Shown here piece after piece: positions 49,656 through 62,930 of a stretch of DNA of 64,000 nucleotides (the stretch's first letter is position 1; every line of letters begins with the position of its first letter). Under the pieces are notes generated by a model that saw only the letters and a list, made by a program, of their open reading frames with translations, was not told the origin of the DNA and ran no database searches. The position numbers and the translations under genes are program-made. Source of the stretch: Octopus sinensis (taxonomy: Eukaryota); NCBI RefSeq assembly GCF_006345805.1, contig NC_043008.1, positions 27,404,001 through 27,468,000 of the forward strand, given 5' to 3'.

Positions 49656-50082
49656 TGGTAGACAACCCGATTTTGTTCCTTTATGAAATAACGCTATTTG
49701 AACAATAATGCAAATGATATGCATAATTTCATTTCCTAAAATACTGAGTCTTTTGATTACTTAGGTATCTGTTTCTTTGAGATTTCTTTTTGAGAAAAAG
49801 TATGATGTTATTTGGCGGAACATCAGTTAATGTCATGATATTAATTTATAATTCTGAAATATTTTTTCTTATACAAGTTTCATTAAATAACGAGTTAATT
49901 ACTAATAATTGCCTTGAATATTATTTCGTGTGAAATAGCATGATGCTAGACTTTTAGTAAGTTGTTTTCTTCACACTCATAAAAACATACATGTATACGC
50001 ATTCGAAGTTTGTAACGGTGTTAAGTAAGGTTGTGCCTTGATTCCTGCCCCCAACCCTCAATATATATATATCCCTTTTCAG

Positions 50083-50376
50083 TTATAGAGGATGCATTTA
50101 ATAATACAGACGAAAAGGTAATACTAAGCTGTCCCAAAATGAAATCGAATTCGAAGCAAAAATATCGTATCACCCGTGAATTAATTTTAGCGGATTGTAC
50201 TCGTAGCACAATTACATTCAGATATGCAATATTTACCAGCGTAATTGCTAAGCCTGAGAGAACCAATTCAGTTTCAAATAGATTAACCTATTTTCTCACC
50301 CATTACCACAACATTTTGTGGAGGCCAACGATAAGTGGATACATAATAAATGGCATCACACGTTTTATTTATCAAG
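50083..50376 (+). CDS. candidate 294-bp phase 1-1 coding exon, product unknown
   Basis: Acceptor atcccttttcag|; open non-repetitive frame IEDAFNNTDEKVILSCPK..GITRFIYQ within the 145-aa ORF 50031-50468; donor CAAG|gtagta. No family recognised. Confidence 0.45.
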
Positions 50377-50532
50377 GTAGTATAGTGTCAAGTGATAATA
50401 TAGTAGACAATATGTTCTACAATCGTATGGCGGAAGTTACATCTACGTTTGGAATACTATGGAGATAAACAAAAGTTGAAACCATGTCAAATTTACAAGT
50501 AAATTAACAAAGACAGTTGAAAAAATGAGTCT

Positions 50533-50690
50533 AGGTGCAGGGATGACTAGGCAGTTAGAGGTTTTTCTTCCGCAATCAGTATTACTGCGTCGCTCCTTGG
50601 GAAAGTGTCTTGTAATGTTGCCTCAAGCCGACTAAGCCCTTAGTGAGTGGATTTCATAGAAGGAAGCTGAAAGAAGCCTGTCGTACGTAT
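50533..50690 (+). mobile_element. degenerate tRNA-derived SINE
   Basis: ccttgggaaagtgtctt..gccgactaagcccttagtgagtggatttcatagaaggaagctgaaagaagcctgtcgta; same family as 27.8-28.2 kb. Confidence 0.75.
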
Positions 50691-50801
50691 ATACCACATC
50701 GAACCGTCTCAAGTGTGACTGCCCGAAACAGTCATGACTTTTGAGACTTGACTGAGGAGAGAAGGCCACGAAGGACCCGTCTTTTATTGCCTGTCTTTCT
50801 A

Positions 50802-52072
50802 TCACGTCATCCCATAATTTCTGTCCGAATTTTGAATAAAGGAAAGCAGTAATCAAATGTTATAGCTAACTGAAATTTTATCATCAATTTACTTTCTCTG
50901 ATTATCTATGACTTCCTTCCATATGTTTACAAGCTTTTTAATCCCATCAGCGTAAAACTCTTTTGGTTTCAAAGCGAAAATCTCTGAAATATCAGTTTCG
51001 ACCTCCTCCTGACTTGCAAAAGTTATGTCCCCGAAATGATTCTGTAAACTATCGAAACAAATGATAGTCTGAAGGAGCAAGGTCGGGAGAATAAGGTGTA
51101 TGAGGAATTTGTTTCCAACGAAGCTCACCGATCTTCTGTGATCTGATCTTTACAGCATGGGGTCGCTCATTGTCCTGATGAAACATTCTCCTTTTCTATT
51201 CCCTAAAGCGGGTCTTTTTTCTTCAAAGCCTGGTTCAAACGCTCTAATTGCTGGCAGTAGTATTGAGCATTTATTGTTGCATTATTTGGTAACAATTCAA
51301 AGTGAATTACTCCTTTGCAAGCCCACCAGACAGGGAGAAGAAACTTTTTCTCACGAAATTCCTTTCTCGGTTGTGGTTGAGCTTTATCCCTTTTACCAAG
51401 CCACTGTTTACGAAGTTTAACATTTCGATAGAAAATCCATTTTTCGTCACCAGTCACCAGTCTATCCAAAAAGGATAAAATGAGTTCGCGAGAATGGAGG
51501 GAAGAGCACATGTCAACTCGGGATTTTTGGTTACTTTTGGACAATTCACGAGGTATCCAGTTTCCATGTTCTTGAAGATGGCGATGAACAGTTGTATGGT
51601 TTGAACTAAGCTTTATTGCCAATTCTTCAACTGATAATGCAGGATTTTCTTCACGTAATGCCTGAAGGAGTTTATCATCAAACTCAACTTGATGTCCTGT
51701 TCGATCTTCATCTTCAAAGCTAAAATCAGCCCTTCTGAATTTTGCAAATCATCTTCTGCAAGTTCTTTCATTCAAGCATTCTGTCCCATAAACTAAGTTT
51801 AGGCTTCGAGTCGCTTCGGCTACAGGTGTTTCCTTTTTCGTACTCATAAAGCATTATGTGCCTCAAATGCCCTTTGGATACTTTCATGTTAGAAAGGGTT
51901 TTAATCAAATAAATTATAGTTCTATTATTCTGTAAAATAAATATTTAATGAGTTCAAATGTATACAAATGCATAAAAATAATTTTAAATTCCATTAGACA
52001 TTCTAAAATACTATTAAATTACATTCAATTTTAAATAAGGTAAGATCGAACAGAACTTAAGGGATGTCCTGA
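50802..52072 (-). mobile_element. mariner DNA transposon, 1271 bp, decayed transposase
   Basis: TIRs tcacgtcatcccataatttctgtccga / tcgaacagaacttaagggatgtcctga with TA duplications; ORF has WIPRELS, VTGDEKW, VWW..GVIHFELL and INAQYYCQQL; C-terminal GIKKLVNIWKEVID. Confidence 0.93.
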
Positions 52073-52330
52073 TAATTGTTGTTTCTCTTGTATCGTCTAT
52101 CTCTCCGAATGTTTTATTGTACTCTATTGAGTTTTTGTTCCATTTAGACACACACACACACGCACACACACACATATAATTCCAAGAGAGTTAGAGGTTG
52201 TGAATCCAACCAACTAAGGGATAATTTCTACCTAACATACTGCTACTAGAATACCCAATTAATAATACACAAGTGCTTTTTTTATAGCATGGCAATTACA
52301 CTACTGAATGTAATAAACGGTTGATTTATA

Positions 52331-52613
52331 CGGCAATAAGAAAATTTAGGGGGTCAAGAGGTGGTACTCATCAAGTTTTAGACTTTATATTATGTGTATG
52401 TTTTAATTAAAAAAAATAATTATAACAATATGCATACATGTATAACATATTATGCTTTACATATATAAAAATACCAGTAATTATTAAAAATATACAACAG
52501 AATATAGAAAGCAGGGTAGTTTTTGACAGCTGTTTGATCTAAGAGGTCAATAGTACTCCACTATGATTAAATATAATGTCTAAATGTTGATCCCCTCCAT
52601 TTTCTTATTGCCG
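52331..52613. mobile_element. 283-bp MITE with TA target duplication
   Basis: TA|CGGCAATAAGAAAAT ... ATTTTCTTATTGCCG|TA: 15-bp perfect TIR extended by about 12 bp imperfect; non-coding AT-rich interior. Confidence 0.85.
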
Positions 52614-52614
52614 T

Positions 52615-52776
52615 ATATATATGTATATATCTATATCTATATATATATGCACACGTGTGTGTGTACTGGTGTGCGTGTATTCGTACGTGTATGTGTGTGT
52701 GCACGCACATGTTTGTCTGTATTTGTATGTGTGTGTGTCTGTATATATGTATATATATATATGTATATGTATATAC

Positions 52777-52859
<83 letters not shown>

Positions 52860-52915
52860 TATACACATATATATATGTGTTTGCGTGCGTGTGTGTGTGT
52901 ATATATATGTGTGTA
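52615..52915. repeat. compound (TA)/(TG) microsatellite
   Basis: Direct inspection. Confidence 0.9.
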
Positions 52916-53009
52916 TCGTTTTATGGTGTCCATTCCTTCTGACTACAATCATTCAAAACGTTGCACCAGCACTGCTCTAACCTGGTGACTGAAAAAATTA
53001 AAAGATAAA

Positions 53010-53290
53010 AACACCAAGAGTGATATCTTATTAGCCGAAGTTCGCTGGAATGCTGGCTCTCAATCTTTGCACCATCTCTAGCTGCAGAGAGAGCTGTGTT
53101 GAAGAAGCACATTGCCAGAGTTGGTGAAGATAGTCTCTAAAAAAGCCCTGCTCTCTCAACTGAGAGATGACTATTGAAATATTGGTGAACCCAAATCCAT
53201 GTCGACATTCAGAGACACTCTGAAGCGGAGCTTAGAATAGATATCTCTGGCCATTTACTAGGAGTAATAGGCAGCAGGTGATCGCTCAAT
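53010..53290 (+). mobile_element. RTE-like LINE 3' fragment
   Basis: HIARVGEDSL / KALLSQLRDD..GEPKS..FRDTLKRSLE resembles the RTE C-terminus GHVxRMxDxRLPK..GRPKxRFKDTLKxSL. Confidence 0.55.
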
Positions 53291-54581
53291 CTTTATTCAT
53301 CTGATTTATGAAGTAAGGCGTAGTCTCACTATAGTTACAATGCAACTAATACATTCTTTTCCGAGGCAAGGGACACATACAGCATTCTAAGTAAGTAATG
53401 CACTAGAATAACATAAAATTATTGTTGCACAAACATTGTAAGTGTAGTTACCACATATATATATTTTTGGACATATTGAAAGCTAATCCATATCAAAAGG
53501 TCTATAACAATCTATTGAATAAGCCTTTGCATACTCACTGCTACAACTGCTTGCACTGGATATACAATACTATGGTCTGACCACATTTCTCGTCGAAGAA
53601 AATTCAGGCTTACTGAAAGTTTTCCTTACAACTGATTGTAAGACTTGCATTGTAAAAATTGTAGCTATAGATATCTAGTTGGCTACTGGTAAAAGTTTAC
53701 AGAAGACCTAACAGTGTGTGATATTATAGATGCGATCAATAATAAGTGTATCAAATGAGAGGAGAGATACTGAAATATAAGTTATCCTAACTGTAGCTTC
53801 ATAGTAGAAGGGGTATTAGTAGAAGTAGTAAGAAGAGGATGCTTTGGAAGGGGTATATATAACATTTCTTTGAATGTATACGGTTACAGCTCTGGATATA
53901 TTGACATACTAGTAGTATAAAATATTGATATGACCAAATTTAATTCCGGAGAGATTTATTCATTTTTTATTTATATTTATATCTCCAAATTAACCAGCTA
54001 TCCTGTCATTTTGTTATTGCTTCAGACGTACTATTTGAAAAACGAAAATCATTTTATATTATATATATTATACATAAATTCCTATCCCATCCAAATAGCA
54101 ATGTGATTTCTGGATGAAGGCCAAGAGTCTTTTGCATACAGATTCTTTAGTTATTGACCAACATAAAATTGAATGGCCCATAATTTTCCTATCAATATTG
54201 CTACTAGCTCAAAGTTCAAGATTATTCCCAATATGCAACAGACATTCATTTTAGTTATATTGCTGAGATATGACAGAGCAATTGATTTAGCAAAATTGGA
54301 AATCCATTTTTAGTCATTTTAAGCCTGAATATGTATTTATGCGTATATATGCATATGCATACATATATACACACATACATATATACATATTATTCTATAT
54401 ATCTAATATACATACATACATATATATATATGGAATGGGGTATTATTTCTACTGTCTTCCAACAAACTGACAACCTTGAAACTTTAACATTCGATATTTA
54501 TAAATATTTTATGACTGAATATACAAAGTAAAGCAGATGTATGGTTTACTTAAACTTAAAACGTGATAATATGTATACACA

Positions 54582-54628
<47 letters not shown>

Positions 54629-56134
54629 GTACAATTATATAAGAAGCTATATATATGTGTATGAATTTGTACATATGAATGCATGTATGTATTTATGTTC
54701 TACATTTGTAGAGTTTGTAATCTTCAGCTTTTCTGTTTATAAAACAGTAAAGCATTCCACAAATTGAAATAAGATTATTTTCTTGTTTCCACTATAAGTC
54801 TGCAATTGTTATGGCAGGGCTCGTTTACAAAAATATTTCTAGGCAAATATATTTGCTTGTAAAAATTTTATACATTTCGGACATTTCCTCTAAGTATGTG
54901 TTACTGATGTGCACGAAGGTAAAAAAAAAATTATTTCGCTGTGAACAGATATTCTGACACATTTTAAATCTGTCTTGAAAAAAAACGTAAATTCCATAAT
55001 TTCGATTATGGCCAATTGCAGTAAAATATATTTTGAGCATGAGAATATATAACATAAAATATAATTCGTATACAATGTTATGATTTAAATTCCCTCAAAG
55101 AAAACATATAACATACGAAAAATGCTATAATCAAATGTTCATTTCATTGAAAAATGAATGTAGGAAGGAATTACACGGATCAAATTAGGGTTCTTTAAAA
55201 GTCTATAAATGTGTGTCTCAACAAGAAATAATACTCCAATGTACTTTGCACGATACTTTACGGGTATATTGCAGTATGTAAACTAAACAAAATATGACAG
55301 TCGGATTATGTGACGGCACTGCAAGTGATTGTAATCACCACAAGGAAATATACACTATATTTAAGATAATTTAGATGATAATTTATGCCTCTTTTTTCAC
55401 GTAATAGTTTAATATATTGGTGAACAGACAACGGTCATGAGAATATACATATTAAAGAAGTAGGTGAGAAAAAGTGAACTGACATGGATGATTAACATAT
55501 TGGAAAAGAAATGAGTGCCATATTAGAGATAAGAATTGTGCAGAGCTTGCCTGTCACCGTATAGGTGTACATGTTTATGTATATATTTATGTATATATGT
55601 GTGTGTGCGTGTGTGTGCATCGAAAGATAGTAATTGGCTTGTACTCTCGTATGCTAAGAAAATTAAAACTAAGTCAAATCTATATTCAAAATTACAAATA
55701 AACACTGATAAGAATAGCAGGTCCTCGGAAAGTATTTATAGTAAAACAATAAAGATATGTTACAGTCTTACACATAACTTAGCGAGCATAATTTCCTCCC
55801 TAAGTAATAAAAACTAGATAATTTTTATTTAGAGAGAAATAACAATAATGACAATATAATTAATAATAGTAATAATAATTAAAATAATAACCACCCTAAA
55901 CATAATAGTAACAACAGAAACAACTATAATAATCCTATTAATCATACTACACCTCATATTAATTCATCTGTATACTCCAATCCAATAGTAAATATATTTC
56001 CCCTACAACACAATCTATGTGATTTCAGAAATAATGATAATTGCACTGTAAATAACACTTGTAAAAAAAATGCATTTTACCAGTGCACAGTCAGAACACA
56101 GTTTAGCAAACACACACACACACACACACACACA

Positions 56135-56193
<59 letters not shown>

Positions 56194-56252
56194 GTATGTA
56201 TGTATCTATGTATTTGTAAATGTAATATGTGACAATTATTAGGTAGCCATAT

Positions 56253-56307
56253 GATGAAACTTCGAGTTTCTATCATGGATACTCACGCCGGTATCTCTTC
56301 AGTTATC
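56253..56307 (-). ncRNA. decayed hammerhead motif (left arm)
   Basis: GATAA-CTGAAGA-GATAC-cggcgtga-GTATC-catgata-GAAAC-TCGAA-GTT-TCATC; 7-nt insertion before GAAA and one stem I mismatch. Confidence 0.55.
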
Positions 56308-57354
56308 GGGCCATCAAAAAAATGCTATGAAAATGAGCGTTAAACAAAGGGAATTTACTGTGTGATTGACCGTTATTAAGACAAAAGAGCTATTAGAATG
56401 ACTGCTAAATAAGGGGAGGGAATAAAGGTAAGGGAAGAAAAATGTTCATAGCAGTTGCGTAAGCGCCATGTCCATACATCTACAAGCGCGCCTGCACACC
56501 CACGTACATGTGCCTATATATATATATACTCATCCATACTCACTTGAATCACAGACATGCTCACCCACACATTCGCCAAACAATATATGCATACCCGCAT
56601 CATGCACGCATACACACACGCACAAATGAGGTTCATACACACGTCTATATACGCACATGCACAAGACAAAACAGAGCCAAAGGCAAAATACAGAAAATGT
56701 GTAAAAAGTGTAAAAAATAGGCAATAAGAATAAAACTAAAAGAGTAAATATGCGTGTATGTATGAGATATTTTTGGCAAATGTGTGGGTGCGCATGTGTA
56801 TGCTTCAAGTGAGTGTTGGTGAGGGCATGCACGTAGGCACATGTATTTGGTTGTCCCTGCGTGCATGTATATGTATAGACATGCTCCCATATGCGTTCGC
56901 CATTAGCATATTTACTCTTTTAATTTTATTCTTATTGCATATTTTTGTACACTTTTTACATATTTTTCTGTATTTTGCCTTTTCCCTATTTTTTCCTGTG
57001 CATGTACATATATACACCTGGTATGGACCTTTTTGTGCGCACGTGTGTGTGTGAGTGTGTGTATGTGGGTATGTATGTATTTTTTGGCGAATGTGTGGGT
57101 GAGCATGTGTGTGTTTCAAGTGAGGGTGGATGAGTATATACATATAGGCAGATGTACGTAGGTGTGGGGGCATGCATGTGTATGTATGGACAAATCGCGC
57201 TTACACGACTGTTGTGAACATTTTTACTCCCTTACATTTACTCCCTCCCCTTACTTAGTGGTCTTTCTAATAGCTCTGTTGTTTTAATAACGGTTAATCA
57301 CACAGTAATTTCCCTTTGTTTAACGGGAAATTTATTTATTTATTTATTATGGCC

Positions 57355-57415
57355 GATAATTGAAGAGATGCCGGCGTGGGCTTTCGATCCGACATCCGAA
57401 ACTCTTAGTTTTATC
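57355..57415 (+). ncRNA. hammerhead motif with U3 (right arm)
   Basis: GATAA-TTGAAGA-GATGCCGG..CCGACATC-C-GAAAC-TCTTA-GTT-TTATC; perfect stem I, stem II with one mismatch, C3 changed to U. Confidence 0.6.
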
Positions 57416-57509
57416 ATGGCTACCTAATAATTGTCACATATTATATTTGCAATTAAATTCCTCTATTTACATGTCTTTTTAATCCTTTTGTTGTCTTACC
57501 ATTTCTATC

Positions 57510-57690
<181 letters not shown>

Positions 57691-57799
57691 TGTGCAAAAT
57701 TTTTATTGGCTAAACTGGCAAAATGACCATTCCGAATTATAACAATATATATATATATAATTATATACATAATTATAAGAAATGGTCGGCTTTTGCCTC

Positions 57800-59560
57800 A
57801 CCACGCATCGTAATGAATAGACGCTAAAGTCTTTTCACTACCTTAATATATTAGAGAAATCTCGGAGATTTTAAGGATATAAACAATATTAGGGATCTAA
57901 TATGTATTATGTCCATTAATGGCAACCTTTTTTCTTCTCCATAAAAATAGTAGAATTCGTTTCCCAATGTTGGCATAAACTACCTTGCAGTTAAAGTTTG
58001 GTTAATCGAAGATTTATATACCCCTGTCATATTTAGGTATCACAATATTAATATCCATACACTAAAACTATCCGAATTTAAAGACCCCATCTCCCACACA
58101 TAATAACTAAATTATATCATATTATATTGCTTCATTTTCTACTCCACAATATAAGCTTTCCACTCTCTTATAATCATATAATGCCAGTTTTCTTAACTCT
58201 TAAAATAAATTTAGACTATATTGTGCACAAGTATCCATTCCCCTACCATATCACCCCTGAATAATATCTTGATCCTTCACCTTAATAATGAAAGAATTTG
58301 TCTGCATTTTGTAACATAGTTTGCCATTCCATACTCATTGTTGGTTTGTTTGAGTTTAGTTTATTCTTGACCACTTTAATTCAGTATTGGTCTACTTCTA
58401 TTTAATGGAGAACCTCTTTTGCATTTACTGTTTCCACTATCTCCTCTCCTGGTCAACGAAATAATTCTTTAACATTTTAATACTAACTTTACACCCTACA
58501 CACACTTTTAGTTATATATTTTCTTGATGTTTGATTTTCTGTTACCAATTTTCCACGTACTATTAATTTTATTTTATGAGTATTAATACAACCATGGGAG
58601 GCCAAGTGTTGAAACTCTCATATGTATGCACTCATGTACGGGTTAATTTAACAATAACATATATATTAAAATTGATTGGGGATATAGGCGTGTGTGTAAT
58701 TGAGTGTATGGACGTTGAGTGTGAGTGTGCATAAGTGTATGTGTGTGTACATAGATATATATGAATAAACATATATATATTCGTATGCGTATGTGCATAA
58801 GCATGTATATGCATGCTGAAGTTTGTGTATACATGCAGGAGCAAATTATAGTAAGAACTTGCATCTGTAAAAATAACTTGAAGTATCTTAATTTTTAATT
58901 TGTAATTTGTAATTTGTAATCGTTAATTTAATTCGGGATATTTACTTTTACTTATTTAATTGACCACTAGGCTGACTGATTGTTTGGCGAATTAGCTGTG
59001 AAATTAGCTGTTTGATTGGTTAATCAGCTCACTGATTAGGTGTACTCTATGGCACACTAGCAGTCTCCAATTTACGCCACTTACCCAAGTTATTACCTTC
59101 ACTTAACCATGAATATATTCCTAATTTTCCTACAGAATAATTTCTTTCAATTGGTTTTACTAATTGCATAGTCCTATTTAAAAAAAAACAACTTTTGAAA
59201 CATTTTCCGCCACAACCATCTTATTTCCTAAATGTTCAAATAGGTTTCTCTCTTAATATTCATTTCATAATATTCATTTTTAAAATCTAGTATATCCTGT
59301 CCTAAGTGTTTTCGGGACCCTTACAAAATATACCATTTCTCATTCATTTATTTATTCATGTTACCCCCGTATAACGGTCTCAGTAGCTGGTCTTTTGTTT
59401 TCAAATTTCAACTGACGAATTATATTGAACGTTGGAACTTGTCCTATCTCACTTCGGACAACATTTCATCGATTAGCATTTTATGATGATAAATAGCATT
59501 AAGTAGTACTATAAACATAATTATTAAAAATTATGATTAATCTAAAACCTTACTGTATCT
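57800..59560 (-). mobile_element. probable decayed non-LTR retrotransposon fragments, interrupted at about 58600-59130
   Basis: Stop-riddled but protein-like minus frames (RILFRGDMVGEWILV..REWKAYIVE..SYYVWEMGSLNSDSF..NEFYYFYGEEK); clade not determined. Confidence 0.35.
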
Positions 59561-61557
59561 TCACCCCTTCTCCGACTAAGACCTATTGGCGTTTCCCGCT
59601 ATTATTTTTATTTTTTATTAATCCATCCTAGCCCGCCCCCGTACAAAGGATTAACACACTAAATGCTATTTTAAGTTTAGTCATTTACTTAACGTTACAA
59701 AGAGATACACAAGCAAAATGATATGATTATAACCATATTCAAATCTCCTTTTTTCTTCTCTAGGTTCTTCATTTTTAATTATTCATGTTTTAGATCGATT
59801 TTATTAATGAATATTATAAATATTTTTAGCATACCAATGGCAATACCATACAACTTCGGTTGCAGAAACAGCTGTTAGATAGGATGCAATCTATTTGTGT
59901 TGAATTAATAAATAATAATTGATGTAAGTCAATTGCTGTACATGAACATTTCTGCATTTTCTGTTTTCTTTCTTTATGCTAACAAATGCATAAAGGAAAC
60001 TATTGATTTGTCAGTTAGATAATTAACCAGGACGTTCAATGAACGAATGATATTGGACCTGTGCGCGCTTTTATTATTGCTGAAAAAATGTCTCCCCAAA
60101 GATACCACGTAACTTGATTCAGCATATGAAATCATACCTGAATCTTGCAAAGCGAATACAAAAACCAAGTTTGTTGCAATTATTCAGCGTCTGGTATCGT
60201 TAGTTATTGTCTGCGTCATTTCTGACTTGTTTGAACATGGGAGATTGAATCAACGAAATAAAAATCTGTTAAAGCCATTCCTTAAGGATACAAGTAGGTT
60301 TGAAAGTTTCTTTAGGCTTCCGTTTGAATATGTTTTGGTAACGTGACACTAAGCCTGACGTTGAATAAAATTCCCATACTGAAAAATAATATGAAAATAT
60401 TTCAATTCTATGGTTCACACGAATTATAATTGACATCCTGTTCTACCATGTAGCATAGAATAACTATCTACATACACACACGCACACGCGAATACACAAT
60501 TGTATGTAAGCTACAAGTTATGTATTGCAGCGAGGGAGCTAATCAACGCTTTGAAAATCGCCAAAGTGTGTGATTTCTGATCGACTCAGTATTATAAATC
60601 CATAATTATAATGAGATCAGTTTTAAAACCCATTATCTATCGGGGAATACTAATACAATTTTGTTTTGATATATAACTTTACTGCAATTTGACTTTCGTG
60701 ATGGCTGGTTAGAGCAAATTTTACTTGTGGTTAGTATAATTAATATCTAATGCAATGAACACACCGCTTAATTCAGTAATCGAGTGTTGTTTATTTAAAT
60801 TATTACATTAATTTCCAGTGGTTTTCTCAATTTTCCTTCAGAAATGAAAACTTGTAAAGTTAGGAATAATAAAAGAGATACGCTGCAGCAAGAGAAATAT
60901 GCATGTCATTTTTCATTATTAGTCCCATTAATTTTCTGCACTTTCCGAAATATTTTACAAATTAGTGGGTTTTATAGCTGAAAAGGACATTTTTATGATT
61001 GGAATTAGGACCGTTTATTCACAACTGCTTTGACCTATTCATCTAGCATGAACTAAGATCCCTATAATTCCAGATTTTATGACATCGATGTTCTACATCT
61101 ATTTTGTGTAGAGGCAAAGCCACTCACCAAATCGAATGAATCATAATTCACATTTTAACCCGATCATCTATTACATTCTGGAAGCAATTTTTTGCAGGTC
61201 ATTTGATATCGTGCAATATGTACTATATTTATCATAACACGTTGATAACATTGAGTGTGAGAATCATGAAAAATAGAAATGTTAAACTATTTAGAGGGGA
61301 TATCATGCCATTAATTTTATGATGATTATAATTTCAACTGATATTTACAAATCGCTATTGCCTTGACCAGTGTTAATTTCCGTTGTCGTAGTAACATCTC
61401 ATTATGTAATCGTTTTATAGAATATGTCCTGTGTGCAAAGCATGCAGTATTTGGAAAGTGTTCTCTTCGTTAATCTATGCCCAAGATTGCCTTAATTTTC
61501 AAGGTCCACATCATTTATATTTTCAAGATCTCTGTACATCAGTCTTTTCCCAATACT

Positions 61558-61760
61558 AAGGCAGCAAGCTGGCACAATTGTTAGCACGCCGGGCAAAAAG
61601 CTTAGCAACATTTCGTCTAATTTTACATTCTGAGTTCGAGTTCGATTTTGCTTTTCCTTCATTCGGAGTCGATAAAATAAGTATCAGCTTAATACTGGGG
61701 TTGATGTAATCGACTTACTCCCCGAACCTGTTGGCTCTCAGCCAAAATTTGAAATGAATA
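61558..61760 (+). mobile_element. tRNA-derived SINE
   Basis: aaggcagcaagctggcacaattgttagcacgccgggcaaaaagcttagc..gagtcgataaaataagtatcag..ggggttgatgtaatcgactta. Confidence 0.85.
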
Positions 61761-62049
61761 CTTTTCCAACACTTATTGCGGGGAATGCTTTTTTTTTACT
61801 GAAGTTAGAACAGGTTCCTAAATGTGTTGGAGTAGACTCTATGGCCCTTTGTTGGTAATCTACCTTGTGGTGGTGTCTCACTATTAATACTGGTACTTGT
61901 ACATCCTTATAAAAGCTAACTTATAAATGAGTGAAAATGTCAAATGGAAATTGTCAAAATAACTGGCTCTCAATAGTCAAGTTACTGAGCACGGTAGGCA
62001 TGGAGTTTCTAAATAAGATACGACAAGTTGTCAACTAGCCAATGATCAG

Positions 62050-62930
62050 GATGGGAATCTAAGTGAAAAGTGAGATGGAAGAAAAATTAATTGAGAAAAA
62101 GTGAACAACGTGTGATTGGATGTTAGCAAAGTGACAAAGAAAATGGCGTCTTTGAATCTTGCACTTAAAGATTAATAAGACAGGCAAGGGCAATTCGTAT
62201 AAATGATTAGATTACAGAAACAGAAATTGAATAAATTCAGAGAAGAATAAAACTGAAAAAGAAGTATGTGGAACAACAAAAGTAGTAGGTGAAAATAAGG
62301 AGTAAGACAAAAGGATATCACTATATGACGAAAAATACTGATGAAGTTCATATTGAGGCAGTAGATGAAACTGGACGAGTAGCAATACATGTTTAACACA
62401 TCTTGAACAATAAAGAAGAGAATTGAGAAATTATGTTAGGAAAAATATTTGGCGTAAACAATAAAATGCCACCCGATGTTATGTATATCAACATAGGAAG
62501 AATAGGAAGAGCCTGAGAGAAAATCAACCGTCCTTTGAGCGTGGTTAAAACAGAAAAAAATCAGTGAAATAAACAAGAATCATGGCTACCGCTAATATTA
62601 TACCTGCCATAATAGGATACAAGGGGAAACAGTTAAAAAAAGAAGAGTGAAGAATATAAAGAACCAAACTGGAGAAATAGAATGCAAATAAATTTGGAAA
62701 CGGCATGAAAAGAACTGGGGCAATTAAATAGGATAATGAGAGGCAACTCAATAATAATACAATACTCATAAAATTGTGTTGACAGCGCATGTTAGAAATT
62801 ACATGAATTATTTTCCCTAAAAGTTGACAGTTAAATGTTAAACTGAAACGATATTGTAGCCAGATGCAAATAATGGTCGTTCTCATTTTGTAACGTAAAA
62901 GTGGGGCTAGCTCAAAATGTGTATGCAATT
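62050..62930 (+). mobile_element. R4/Dong-clade LINE N-terminal ORF fragment
   Basis: RQARAIRINDxITETEIExIQRRI (cf. DQARAIRxNxWLTExELEEIRR), KEPNWRNRMQ (cf. KEPWWKRRI) and VKLKRY. Confidence 0.6.

Larger units (their letters stand above)
56215..57450. repeat. 1.2-kb foldback with about 540-bp diverged arms and hammerhead-like motifs near both outer ends
   Basis: 56215-56753 is the reverse complement of 56906-57450 (atgtgacaattattaggtagccat, gttaaacaaagggaa..tactgtgtgatt, cacccacacattcgccaaa, aagagtaaatatgc); the 150-bp spacer is a third partial copy; microsatellites flank both sides. Confidence 0.92.
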
